Part shown: in pieces, positions 35,307-44,180 of the stretch | Layout: each line of letters begins with the position of its first letter | Position numbering within the stretch: the stretch's first letter is position 1 | IMG/VR virus record: IMGVR_UViG_3300042446_002028 | Coordinates: 8,785-72,784 of that record | Length of the DNA stretch: 64,000 nt | Reading direction: 5' to 3' (one strand) | DNA from: a virus | Program-made: the position numbers and the translations under genes | Notes under the pieces: model-generated | Database searches by the model: none | What the model saw: the letters and a program-made list of their open reading frames with translations, nothing else | Told to the model about the DNA's origin: nothing

Positions 35307-35684
35307 ATGAAAATGAAAAAAATTCTCACAATAGTATTATTATGTGTGGTTTTAACAGGTTGTTATAAAGATGATATTATGCCAACACCACAATCAGTAT
35401 CTGAAGAACTTAAGATGACAAGTTCGGTGGGTATTAAGTTACAAACGGCATTTGTTACCTCGGAAGTGGCAATGAATGTTAAAACTGAAACAGCAGGTTC
35501 GGTTACGGTTAAAATATTCGATATAGGAAATAGGGTTGTTTCAAAAGAAACCTTAAACGTGGTTGCTGGCGACAATCTTTTAAAGGTATACACTAGCGCT
35601 TTACCATCATCGGCATATAGAATTGGATTATTTGATTCTAATGGAAAACAATTAGGAATTACCGATTTTAATAAAATACAATAA
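35307..35684 (+). CDS. Lipoprotein with a T9SS-CTD-like domain (paralog of 34960-35301)
   Basis: Lipobox VLTGC. The C-terminus GSVTVKIFDIGNRVVSKETL...YTSALPSSAYRIGLFDSNGKQL matches the same pattern. Confidence 0.45.
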   Translation: MKMKKILTIVLLCVVLTGCYKDDIMPTPQSVSEELKMTSSVGIKLQTAFVTSEVAMNVKTETAGSVTVKIFDIGNRVVSKETLNVVAGDNLLKVYTSALPSSAYRIGLFDSNGKQLGITDFNKIQ

Positions 35685-35703
35685 TTATATAAAAACAAAT
35701 ATT

Positions 35704-36387
35704 ATGGCAGACAGAAACGGAGACGGAATAGTATATCATCGCTCAGATTGTGGAGATAACTATGTAAGATTTTATGGATTTGGTGGTGATGGTCCTTGTT
35801 CAACATGTGAAACATGGGGACTTACCGATAAAGCAATAAGATACATTCACGACCATCCTGAAATAAATCACAGAATTGAAGATGTCGTGGGTGGAGAGTG
35901 GGATGATAAAGTTGTTCCAATTTTTAAAGAAACTTATGAAGAAGTAAAAGAGGGTGTAATAGATGCGTACAACTGGGCAGATGCAAATGCTTGCAATATA
36001 GCAGTAACGGCAGCAATCTCGGCTGGAATTGTTTACGCATTCACGCCAGAACCAGCAAATCCAACAGCGGTGGCAACATCAACAACTTTATCGGTAATGG
36101 CATCAACCATCACTAGTATGGCGGTTAAAGTTGCGGTAGTGGGAGAAATGAGTGAAATTATAAAAGATGCATTTTTACTAATGCCATATGTTAGTGATAG
36201 TATTGACCACACACTATTAAAAAATATAATTTCAAATTGTTTAGCAAAGAGTTTAGATTCTGCGGCGTTATGGGCAACACCGGCTGGAGTTGGTATTGCA
36301 ATTGGGGCGGCTTTTGCACCTGTTATTGCAGATTTGATATGTAAAAAAACTTGTCCTGAAGGGTTTACTAAGGCGTTTGGGGCATAA
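35704..36387 (+). CDS. Hypothetical protein with a Cys-rich N-terminus and hydrophobic C-terminal half
   Basis: A 227 aa ORF with CGDNYVRFYGFGGDGPCSTCETWG followed by several Ala/Val-rich predicted TM segments. Confidence 0.4.
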   Translation: MADRNGDGIVYHRSDCGDNYVRFYGFGGDGPCSTCETWGLTDKAIRYIHDHPEINHRIEDVVGGEWDDKVVPIFKETYEEVKEGVIDAYNWADANACNIAVTAAISAGIVYAFTPEPANPTAVATSTTLSVMASTITSMAVKVAVVGEMSEIIKDAFLLMPYVSDSIDHTLLKNIISNCLAKSLDSAALWATPAGVGIAIGAAFAPVIADLICKKTCPEGFTKAFGA

Positions 36388-36425
36388 TGTTAACAAAATA
36401 AACTAAAAAACTAAAAACAAATACA

Positions 36426-36734
36426 ATGGCAGAAGAACAAGAACAAGATGGAACCTGGTCAGGTTTAAAAAAGACAATAGTTGGGGTTGCAACTACATTA
36501 GTGACGGCAGGTGGAGTATGGTTATCAACACTTTTAGGTGGTGGTGACAAAGCAGAACCGGCACCCGTACAAGCGGCGCCTGTAATTAACATTACCAACT
36601 CACAAACACAGCAACAAGCAGCGGGTGGTGGTAAAACAGTAATAATTAAAGAAAAAGGGGCAACTTCAGCACCAGCACCTAAACCTAAGAAAAAAGAGGG
36701 TGACGAATTTAAAGAAGAAGCACCTAAGTGGTAA
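36426..36734 (+). CDS. Small membrane protein
   Basis: A 102 aa ORF with one TM segment (IVGVATTLVTAGGVWLSTLLGGG) and a Pro/Ala-rich tail. Confidence 0.4.
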   Translation: MAEEQEQDGTWSGLKKTIVGVATTLVTAGGVWLSTLLGGGDKAEPAPVQAAPVINITNSQTQQQAAGGGKTVIIKEKGATSAPAPKPKKKEGDEFKEEAPKW

Positions 36735-36748
36735 AAACATATTAAAAA

Positions 36749-37378
36749 ATGGTAGAAAACAAGCAACCACCAAGTGGTTTTAAAGATTTATTAAGTAACA
36801 TGATGGCCAGAAGATGGTACATCACAGCATTGGTATTGGGGGGATTTATGTTTATTATAGGTGGAATGTTCTTTGCTATATTAAATAAATCAGCAATCGA
36901 AGGAGAATGGAAAGAACTTTTATTATTATTATTGGGTGCATTTATCGGTAGTTATGGTAAAATAATCGACTATTGGTTTAGTGATACAGATAAGGATAAG
37001 ATGTTAGTTCAAAAAATGGATGAGGAAGATGGTACTGCATTAAGCAATACCGCAGATTTACCTGTAACTCCGCCAAACAACACACCAATCATACCTGAAG
37101 CGTTTCAAAACGCTATTGAAAACTCAAAAATAGAAAAGGTAAACGATACGTTTGAACAAGTACCAACTACACAACCAAGAACAGGTATTGAAGTTGATGA
37201 AGATGGTGATGGTATAATGGATGGTATTGATTTTGATGGTGATGGTAAAATTGATGCGTATTTTGCACATAGACAATGTGAACACGTTTGGGGTGACTTA
37301 GACGGAGACGGTACTGAAGAATGTTTAAAATGTGGTAAAATTCGAGATGATTACGCGGAAATGCCCGCGGAAGGATAA
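36749..37378 (+). CDS. Membrane protein with Ca-binding-like DxDGDG repeats and a Cys cluster
   Basis: TM helix WYITALVLGGFMFIIGGMFFAIL. DEDGDGIMDGIDFDGDGKIDAYF is EF-hand or thrombospondin-type-3-like. CEHVWGDLDGDGTEECLKCGK is present. Confidence 0.4.
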   Translation: MVENKQPPSGFKDLLSNMMARRWYITALVLGGFMFIIGGMFFAILNKSAIEGEWKELLLLLLGAFIGSYGKIIDYWFSDTDKDKMLVQKMDEEDGTALSNTADLPVTPPNNTPIIPEAFQNAIENSKIEKVNDTFEQVPTTQPRTGIEVDEDGDGIMDGIDFDGDGKIDAYFAHRQCEHVWGDLDGDGTEECLKCGKIRDDYAEMPAEG

Positions 37379-37416
37379 AACGACCAAATAAACAATATAA
37401 ACCAAAAACAAAAATT

Positions 37417-37665
37417 ATGAATTTCAAACAATGGGCAATTGAACTCTTCAAAGACGAAAGAGGTTCAATTTCAGTAAAACCAGTTATAGCATTTGTAGGG
37501 GCAATGTTCCTATGTGTAACTATGATCTTAAATTCGTTCTCTCACGCAGAATTTGCTCCATCACCTGAATTGGTGAATGCTGTGATGATTATCACAGGGA
37601 TTGGAATGGGTGCTGATACAATGGATAAATTCTCTCATAAAAAGAAAGAAGAAACAGAAGGTTAA
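37417..37665 (+). CDS. Small membrane protein
   Basis: An 82 aa ORF with two hydrophobic segments. Confidence 0.4.
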   Translation: MNFKQWAIELFKDERGSISVKPVIAFVGAMFLCVTMILNSFSHAEFAPSPELVNAVMIITGIGMGADTMDKFSHKKKEETEG

Positions 37666-37670
37666 TACGA

Positions 37671-37697
37671 AAGGGAGTTTTTAACTCCCTTTTTTTA
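37671..37697 (+). terminator. Rho-independent terminator
   Basis: Hairpin AAGGGAGTT-ttt-AACTCCCTT followed by T7. Confidence 0.65.
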
Positions 37698-37719
37698 TGT
37701 ATTTATAATAAAATAAGAT

Positions 37720-38463
37720 ATGACAAAAAACGAAATACTATACAATGTTGGTTTAACCGAGAAAGTATATTCAGAAGAAAAAGACATTGATTTTAAAGCG
37801 CTAAGATTAAAATTAATTAAATGGATTGAGGATAAAAAATCAGACACACAAGGGTTTGTTGCAACAAAAGACAAATCTATCTATATCGTTTGGAGAGGTA
37901 GTTCATCTAAAAAAGATTTTCAAAACGACGCGTCAATTGATAAAGTACCATTTGTTCAAGATGGTGAAAAAGTTCATATTGGTTTTAAATCGTCTTGGGA
38001 TTCTGTAAAAGACAAAACATACGAAGCATTTGAAAAGGCGTTATCAACGTTAGGTGGTGAAGGTGAGGTCGATAATATTATTGTTTGTGGTCACAGTTTG
38101 GGTGCCGCGGTTTCTACCTTATGCGCATATGAGATTTATTCAATTTATAAATCAAATAAGATTATATGTTGTACTATCGGTAGTCCAAGAGTTGGAAATA
38201 AAATATTCAAACAAAACTTTGATAAATCATCAATTGAATCTTTAAGAATCGTCCATAATTTAGATTTGGTTACCCGCGCACCAAATATTGGATACTATCA
38301 CGTTAATACCGAATTAAGGATTGATGATGAGGGTAAAATTAAAAAATGGATGATTGATACGAAAAGAGTAACTGAATATCTTAAAGCAGTTTTTACAGGT
38401 CAGACCGTTAAAGACCATATGACAAGTAATTACATAAGTGCATTAAATAAATGGAATCCTTAA
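37720..38463 (+). CDS. Class-3 lipase / alpha-beta hydrolase
   Basis: Nucleophile elbow IVCGHSLGAAVSTL (GHSLG), the lipase_3 hallmark. 247 aa. Confidence 0.7.
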   Translation: MTKNEILYNVGLTEKVYSEEKDIDFKALRLKLIKWIEDKKSDTQGFVATKDKSIYIVWRGSSSKKDFQNDASIDKVPFVQDGEKVHIGFKSSWDSVKDKTYEAFEKALSTLGGEGEVDNIIVCGHSLGAAVSTLCAYEIYSIYKSNKIICCTIGSPRVGNKIFKQNFDKSSIESLRIVHNLDLVTRAPNIGYYHVNTELRIDDEGKIKKWMIDTKRVTEYLKAVFTGQTVKDHMTSNYISALNKWNP

Positions 38464-38535
38464 TATTATGTTTTTTTACCATTTATAGATATGGCAGTTG
38501 TATATCAACATGGAAGAAAAATAAGGTTAATTTAA

Positions 38536-38563
38536 AGGGGAGTTTTACTCCTCTTTTTTTTTT
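38536..38563 (+). terminator. Rho-independent terminator
   Basis: Hairpin AGGGGAGT-ttt-ACTCCTCT followed by T10. Confidence 0.6.
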
Positions 38564-38597
38564 ATTAAAAAGGCAATATTTATAATAAAAGTAAGTT

Positions 38598-38828
38598 ATG
38601 GTTATATCATTAAAAAAGGCAGGAGAAAAGATTTTTGCCGGATACCTGATGTTAGCGGGTTTATTCATATTTACCGCGCTAGCAGTTCAATTATTTTTTG
38701 TCTACTTAATGTTAAGCGGGCAAGAAGATAGGGCAAGTCGAATAAGTCAAGAAGTTGACTGGAAAATTGATGGAACATTTAAAAATAATCCTGATAATAT
38801 TTGGTACGAAGGTCCAGTAAAAAAATAA
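38598..38828 (+). CDS. Small membrane protein
   Basis: A 76 aa ORF with the hydrophobic segment FAGYLMLAGLFIFTALAVQLFFVYLML. Confidence 0.4.
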   Translation: MVISLKKAGEKIFAGYLMLAGLFIFTALAVQLFFVYLMLSGQEDRASRISQEVDWKIDGTFKNNPDNIWYEGPVKK

Positions 38829-38832
38829 TAAA

Positions 38833-38952
38833 ATGAAAAAATTTCAAGACATTTTCGAATTCTCATTATTATGTGGTGCCATGAGTTTCGGTTTCTTCAT
38901 ATTATATTGTGGGTTTACATTATTAACAGCAGCAATTACGGCAATTATTTAA
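38833..38952 (+). CDS. Very small hydrophobic peptide (39 aa)
   Basis: Translation is MKKFQDIFEFSLLCGAMSFGFFILYCGFTLLTAAITAII. It was not in the six-frame track because it is under 60 aa. Confidence 0.25.
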   Translation: MKKFQDIFEFSLLCGAMSFGFFILYCGFTLLTAAITAII

Positions 38953-38954
38953 AC

Positions 38955-39671
38955 ATGAAACTAATATTAACAATTTTAGCAGTTTTAGTGTCTATAACGG
39001 CATTTAGTCAAACAATAGGCACAACTAAAACGGAAAATTATAAAGCGTCTTTTGAAACAAAAATAGACATAAGTCAATTTTTGGACTACGACGGTCCGCA
39101 AATTCCAATACAAATTCTTAAAGCGGGTATCAGTGACGAAATGTACGAAATGTACCCAGAACTTAAAGAAAAAAGAGTTGGTTTGGGCGTTGCCAATATA
39201 ACAATGGAATACCTTGAAAACTTAAATAGATTCAAATTTACTGAGGATAAAACCGAAATAAAGAATCGTATGGTAAAACAATTCCAGGCATCTCAATCTG
39301 GGATATCGGAAAACAAACTAGATGGCAGGGGTAAAATTAATCTAGCGAAGTATTTTGTAACAGTAGAATGTTATGATTATTCGATTTCTGAAGATGAAAC
39401 GGTTAATTTAAAGGATGGTGTTAAAGACAATATGGTTACACGTATTGGTTTACAGGTAAGATTCACTGACGCTGAAACTGGAGTATTATTCGGGGCGTCT
39501 GGTTTGGGTGAGGCGGTAACAAATAGACAATTAACGTTATTATCTGACGCAACAGTAGATCCGATTAAATTTAATCAGTCAACTATCTCAATTGCAACAA
39601 AAAAAGCGTTAGACATTGCTTGTGCAAGAATTCTAGATAGAATGATTAAAAAGGGGATTTTTACCGAATAA
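38955..39671 (+). CDS. Secreted hypothetical protein
   Basis: ATG at 38955 gives MKLILTILAVLVSITAFSQ, a signal peptide. The listed start at 38871 is an upstream alternative start. Confidence 0.5.
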   Translation: MKLILTILAVLVSITAFSQTIGTTKTENYKASFETKIDISQFLDYDGPQIPIQILKAGISDEMYEMYPELKEKRVGLGVANITMEYLENLNRFKFTEDKTEIKNRMVKQFQASQSGISENKLDGRGKINLAKYFVTVECYDYSISEDETVNLKDGVKDNMVTRIGLQVRFTDAETGVLFGASGLGEAVTNRQLTLLSDATVDPIKFNQSTISIATKKALDIACARILDRMIKKGIFTE

Positions 39672-39701
39672 GTTAAAATAAAAGAAATTAACAATAAATT
39701 A

Positions 39702-39728
39702 AAAGGGGTCCACAACCCCTTTTTTTTA
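39702..39728 (+). terminator. Rho-independent terminator
   Basis: Hairpin AAGGGGT-ccaca-ACCCCTT followed by T8. Confidence 0.65.
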
Positions 39729-39739
39729 TATTTATAAGT

Positions 39740-39976
39740 ATGAGAGTGTGTGAAGTTATAGATGTACCACAAAAAGTTGATTGTGAAAATTGCGTCCCTT
39801 GTTTGAGGTTAAAAATGATGGAGATGGGCTTTATATGTGGGCAACAAATTGAAATAAGTGAAAAAAAGTTAGGATTATACTTGGTTAATATTCTATCTGG
39901 AAGTGGTCACGTAGAATCAACTTTAGCATTAAGACCTGAAGAATTGGATAGAGTTATTTTAAAAAATATATTATGA
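39740..39976 (+). CDS. FeoA-like (SH3-like) small protein
   Basis: RLKMMEMGFICGQQIEISEKKLGLYLVNILSGSGHVESTLALRPEELDRVIL matches the FeoA consensus (r.LldlGl.pGe.ievv...p.g.pi.v.v.g..lalr..eA..I.V). Confidence 0.5.
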   Translation: MRVCEVIDVPQKVDCENCVPCLRLKMMEMGFICGQQIEISEKKLGLYLVNILSGSGHVESTLALRPEELDRVILKNIL

Positions 39977-40824
39977 AAAAATTTAAAAAAAACAGTATGA
40001 AAACAATTTTATTTTTAGTTTTATTATTCCCAACTTTAATGTTCGGACAGGTATCAACATGGAGAACTAATCCACCGCAACAATCAACACCACAACCGAG
40101 AGTTGAAACACCAAAAACACAACAATCAGCCCCACAAAGAAATGATGTGAGTAATTGGAGAAATAATCCACCACAACAACAATTACAACCTAATCCAGAC
40201 CCGCGTGGTAGAATACGTGTTCAAAATTGGAACAGGCAAAATCAATTTGGGTATTATTGGGGTAATTGGGGGTGGTATCAACCATTACCATATATTTGGT
40301 ATGATGATTTAGGGTGGAGACAAAGAAGTGTAATTCACATATATGAAAGTGGTAAAAGAGACACGATTAGAAAGGAATCGCCATATACCACTTTTGGTTT
40401 TGGACATACCAATAATAAGCAAGTGTCTTATTGGGGAGCAGTCGGAGGTAAAAAGGGATATTTTATTTTAGATTATGTGATGACATATGAGATTGATCAA
40501 AATAAATATTACCCATATGGCAACATTGCTATAGCTGACTTCCCAATTAGTGATAATGATTTTAAAAAAGAGTCAGCAATTTATTTGGGCGCGGGTAAAA
40601 GAATTAACAAATTGGGAATTCACGGTATGATTGGTTTTGGGCGTGAAATTTTGAGATATCAAGGTAGAGATGCTATTGGTGGAATATCTTTTCCAAAGTC
40701 GAATACAAACTTTACAACATTCAAGATTGGTGTTATTAGAGATTTTAATTTTTTAACTATCAAATTTGACGTCGACCCAATAAGAAAATACACTCAAATA
40801 GCGATTGGTCTTAATAATAAGTAA
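39973..40824 (+). CDS. Secreted protein with a Gln/Pro-rich N-terminal region and beta-barrel-like C-terminal half
   Basis: Signal peptide MKKFKKNSMKTILFLVLLFPTLMFGQ. Q/P-rich repeats (WRTNPPQQSTPQP..., WRNNPPQQQLQP). Confidence 0.4.
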   Translation: MKKFKKNSMKTILFLVLLFPTLMFGQVSTWRTNPPQQSTPQPRVETPKTQQSAPQRNDVSNWRNNPPQQQLQPNPDPRGRIRVQNWNRQNQFGYYWGNWGWYQPLPYIWYDDLGWRQRSVIHIYESGKRDTIRKESPYTTFGFGHTNNKQVSYWGAVGGKKGYFILDYVMTYEIDQNKYYPYGNIAIADFPISDNDFKKESAIYLGAGKRINKLGIHGMIGFGREILRYQGRDAIGGISFPKSNTNFTTFKIGVIRDFNFLTIKFDVDPIRKYTQIAIGLNNK

Positions 40825-40827
40825 TTA

Positions 40828-42225
40828 ATGAAAAAAATTATTTTTTTATTTATTATTCTTTGTTTTGCCTCAATATCGTATGGGCAAACATACAGTCAAA
40901 CATTTATCGATAAATGTAGTGGTGAAAAAAAAATAGCCACAACAACAATGATAAATGGTTATGCTACAGTGTCTTTTTACAATCAAGTTAGAACCTTTTC
41001 ACCATTAGAAGTACAAACAGGTGTTGTGCAAACGTGGTTATTAACAACAAAAACCACATATGAAGCATTAACATGTCCGGTTATTAATAACCCTGTTGTT
41101 CAACAAGCTGTAGCAAACGCCGCGGCTTCGGCAGCGTCCGCCGCCGCTAGTTCAGCCGCTAGTTCAGCCGCGAGTTCTGCTGCTAGTAGTTCTGCAAGTT
41201 CCGCAGCTAGTAGTTCCGCAAGTTCTGCCGCGGCTAGTTCTGCGTCAACCCCACCGCCAGTGACACCACCACCATCAAGCGGAAGTTCATCATCAACACC
41301 ACCTGCAACGAGTGGTGGATCATCATCCTCTAGTAGTTCATCTTCTAGTAGTTCATCGTCATCATCATCGGAAAGTAAAACAGAAACTAAAACCGAAGCA
41401 AAGACGGAAAGTAAAAGTGAATCAAAATCGGAAACTAAATCTGAAGAGAAAAAAGAAGAAGCTAAATCAGAAACTAAAGAAGAAAAGAAAGAAGAGAGTA
41501 AATCAGAGGAGAAAAAAGAGGAAAAGAAAGAAGAAAAAAAGGAAGAAAAGAAAAAGGAAAAAGCGGCGGTAACTAATCCAATGTTATTGTCATCAGATTT
41601 GTCAACAATTGAATCGCCTGACGGTAGATGGTTACAATCAGCAACTATTGGTGTTTCTAAATCATCGTTAGGTGGCGATAAAAGTTATTCTGCAAATACG
41701 GTCATTATGAGCGATTTAAAGACGTTTATTGTTAGTGGTGGATATACTAAGATGGACTTTAATGGAGGCAAATTAAACGCAATACATTCGTATTCAAGCG
41801 CATTTGCTTATTTGAATGGTAATTACATGAATTTATTGGGGTATACGTGGATTAAACCAACCCCAAAACATGGTGTTTTTGGTTATAACTTAGGTTTGAT
41901 TAATTTATTTTTGAAATCGACAGATACCACATATGACTATAACATGTCAACCTCTGTTGTGGCATTTTGGACCAAGCCATATCAGTATAGTAAAAAATTA
42001 ACCATTTCACCTCAGTTATTTACGATGTTTGCACCAATATCTTGGAATAGTGTTGCTGGAACAACTACGGTAAATAGACATATGGGCTTTTTGGTAGGTG
42101 CTTCCTTTGATTATAAAATTAGTAAGAGGTTTGGATTTAGTTTTAACTATAAACTAAGTGGAAATACCGCTTCAGGAACACCATTCTTAAGTAATTTCTT
42201 AATCGGTACTAGAGCTATATTATAA
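40828..42225 (+). CDS. Secreted protein with Ala/Ser and Lys/Glu low-complexity regions and an OMP-like C-terminal domain
   Basis: Signal peptide MKKIIFLFIILCFASISYGQ. The SAAASSAASSAASS and ...KSETKEEKKEESKSEEKKEEKKEEKK low-complexity regions are followed by a beta-rich C-terminus. Confidence 0.45.
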   Translation: MKKIIFLFIILCFASISYGQTYSQTFIDKCSGEKKIATTTMINGYATVSFYNQVRTFSPLEVQTGVVQTWLLTTKTTYEALTCPVINNPVVQQAVANAAASAASAAASSAASSAASSAASSSASSAASSSASSAAASSASTPPPVTPPPSSGSSSSTPPATSGGSSSSSSSSSSSSSSSSSESKTETKTEAKTESKSESKSETKSEEKKEEAKSETKEEKKEESKSEEKKEEKKEEKKEEKKKEKAAVTNPMLLSSDLSTIESPDGRWLQSATIGVSKSSLGGDKSYSANTVIMSDLKTFIVSGGYTKMDFNGGKLNAIHSYSSAFAYLNGNYMNLLGYTWIKPTPKHGVFGYNLGLINLFLKSTDTTYDYNMSTSVVAFWTKPYQYSKKLTISPQLFTMFAPISWNSVAGTTTVNRHMGFLVGASFDYKISKRFGFSFNYKLSGNTASGTPFLSNFLIGTRAIL

Positions 42226-42282
42226 CGCTATTTTAATCTAAAACAATTCACTTTTTTGTGTTTTTTTAATATTATTATTAAT

Positions 42283-43020
42283 ATGAAAATATTAGTAATC
42301 GGAGACGTTTGTGATGACGTTTTTATTTACGGAGTGTGCGAAAGATTATGCCCTGAAGCACCCGTTCCGGTTTTTAAACCGACAAAAGTAACTAGAAATT
42401 TAGGGATGGCTGGTAATGTCTATGATAATTTATTATCATTGGATGTTGAGGTAGTTGATTTACTATCAAATAAAGAAAAAATAACGAAAACTAGATATGT
42501 TGATGAAAAATCAAATCAAATGTTAATTCGTGTAGACGATAATGATGTTATTGAAAACACATTTAAGTTTGAATCTATCGATTTTGAAAAATATGATGCA
42601 GTTATTGTTTCAGATTATGATAAGGGGTTTTTAACAACTAAAGATTTGGAATTAATATCTAATTCACATAATTTAACATTTTTAGATACGAAAAAAATAT
42701 TAGGTCCTTGGGCAATAAAATATTCATACATAAAAATAAATGAAACTGAGTGGCAAAACTGTGAAAAAGGAGGATTAGATTATAACTACTGGAAAGAAAA
42801 ACTAATTATTACTAAATCTAGTAAAGGTTGTTTTTTTAATGGTAAAACATACCCAACTGAAAACGAATTAGTTATAATGGATGTTAGTGGTGCGGGAGAT
42901 ACCTTTATGGCATCATTTGTTGTTTCATATGTGAAAAATAAAGACGTAGATGTTTCAATTAGATTTGCTAATCATTGTTCTGGTATCGTAATTCAAAAAA
43001 GAGGGGTTAGTACTTTATGA
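42283..43020 (+). CDS. hldE: D-glycero-beta-D-manno-heptose-7-phosphate kinase (HldE/RfaE domain I; PfkB family)
   Basis: MKILVIGDVCDDVFIYGVCERLCPEAPVPVF matches the HldE N-terminus (ILVVGDVMLDRY...RISPEAPVPV). The PfkB GAGDTF signature is near the C-terminus. The listed start at 42256 is TTG, and ATG at 42283 is preferred. Confidence 0.7.
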   Translation: MKILVIGDVCDDVFIYGVCERLCPEAPVPVFKPTKVTRNLGMAGNVYDNLLSLDVEVVDLLSNKEKITKTRYVDEKSNQMLIRVDDNDVIENTFKFESIDFEKYDAVIVSDYDKGFLTTKDLELISNSHNLTFLDTKKILGPWAIKYSYIKINETEWQNCEKGGLDYNYWKEKLIITKSSKGCFFNGKTYPTENELVIMDVSGAGDTFMASFVVSYVKNKDVDVSIRFANHCSGIVIQKRGVSTL

Positions 43021-43433
43021 AAAAAGTTTGGATAAATGGGTCATTTGATATTTTACATATTGGCCACATACGTCTTATAAATTTTGGGAAATCCTTTGGT
43101 TCTATAAGAGTGGGTTTGGACACAGACAAAAGAATTAATGAAAAAAAAGGGTTATTTAGACCATTTAACACACTATCGGATAGAATGGAGTTTATATCTA
43201 ATATCAATGGAGTAGATTCGGTAGTATCTTTTAATTCAGACATTGAATTATCTGAATTAATTATGGATTATAACCCAGATTATTTTATTATTGGTGATGA
43301 TTATCTGAATAAACCAATAATTGGTTCACAATATGCAAAAGAAATTGTATATTTTAATAAAATTAACGGGTACTCAACCACTAATTTAATTTATAAATGT
43401 AAAAACGATGTTACCAGAACCACAAATTACTGA
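43017..43433 (+). CDS. D-beta-D-heptose-1-phosphate adenylyltransferase (HldE/RfaE domain II; cytidylyltransferase fold)
   Basis: WINGSFDILHIGHIRLI gives the nucleotidyltransferase motif (G.FD..H.GH). It follows the kinase gene with an ATGA overlap. Confidence 0.7.
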   Translation: MKKVWINGSFDILHIGHIRLINFGKSFGSIRVGLDTDKRINEKKGLFRPFNTLSDRMEFISNINGVDSVVSFNSDIELSELIMDYNPDYFIIGDDYLNKPIIGSQYAKEIVYFNKINGYSTTNLIYKCKNDVTRTTNY

Positions 43434-43779
43434 TTGTTGTAAAATACCAAAAGGATGGGGGCACGAACTAATTATTGAGAATAATGAACTTTACTGCGGT
43501 AAAATTTTAGTTTTCAATAGCGGTTGTAGATTCTCAATGCATTATCATTTATTAAAGGATGAAACTTGGTATGTTAATTCAGGGGAATTTATCTATAAAT
43601 TTATCGATACTGAAAAAGGATTAACAAAAGAAATAAATTTAAAAAAAGGTGACGTTGTTAGACAAAGACCAGGACAACCGCACCAATTAATAGCACTAAC
43701 AGATGGTGAGATTTTTGAAGTATCAACAACTCATTTCGATAGTGATAGTTATAGAATAGAAAAAGGAAATACATTATGA
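43408..43779 (+). CDS. Cupin-fold protein, possible sugar keto-isomerase/epimerase
   Basis: RFSMHYHLLKDETWYV...GDVVRQRPGQPHQLIAL fits the cupin motifs (G(x)5HxH...G...P.G..H). It sits in a sugar-nucleotide pathway context. Confidence 0.45.
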   Translation: MLPEPQITDCCKIPKGWGHELIIENNELYCGKILVFNSGCRFSMHYHLLKDETWYVNSGEFIYKFIDTEKGLTKEINLKKGDVVRQRPGQPHQLIALTDGEIFEVSTTHFDSDSYRIEKGNTL

Positions 43780-44180
43780 CAGAAAGAAAATATTTACCAA
43801 CCTTAGCAGAATTAGTTGATAGATTATCAATATCACAATTAAAAGAGGTGTTTATAGCTGAACACAAAGTGGAATACTCACAAGAAATAAAGGATATTGT
43901 TCATGATATTCAGTTGTGTTTAAATGATACGGATCAACCGATAACCGCAGAAACAATTAGGGCGATTGTTGTTTTATCTCAAATGAATTTACACATTTGG
44001 CATAATGAATCAAATTACCGTAAAGGTATTAAAGACGGTAATAACCTAGAATTAACCCACGGAATTAATGGTATTAGAAATACCGCTAAAAATAAAATAC
44101 AAGAGATTGTTGGCGGTAGAAAAGATTACAAAATAGATTGTTTAGCTGCCGATTTCAAAGATTGGGAAATTAGCTGGTAA
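43776..44180 (+). CDS. Hypothetical protein
   Basis: A 134 aa ORF. Confidence 0.4.
   Translation: MTERKYLPTLAELVDRLSISQLKEVFIAEHKVEYSQEIKDIVHDIQLCLNDTDQPITAETIRAIVVLSQMNLHIWHNESNYRKGIKDGNNLELTHGINGIRNTAKNKIQEIVGGRKDYKIDCLAADFKDWEISW

Noticed and set aside
41312-41572. 86-aa K/R-rich ORF (forward-strand alternative frame) inside 40828-42225
   Set aside because: It is the +1 frame of the KE-repeat DNA (aaagaagaa...), a low-complexity artifact.
42256-42282. Upstream extension of the heptose kinase gene (listed start MCFFNIIIN...)
   Set aside because: It starts at TTG. ATG at 42283 gives the conserved HldE N-terminus directly. Similar extensions at 29565, 31770, 38871, 29462 and 22520 were trimmed for the same reason.
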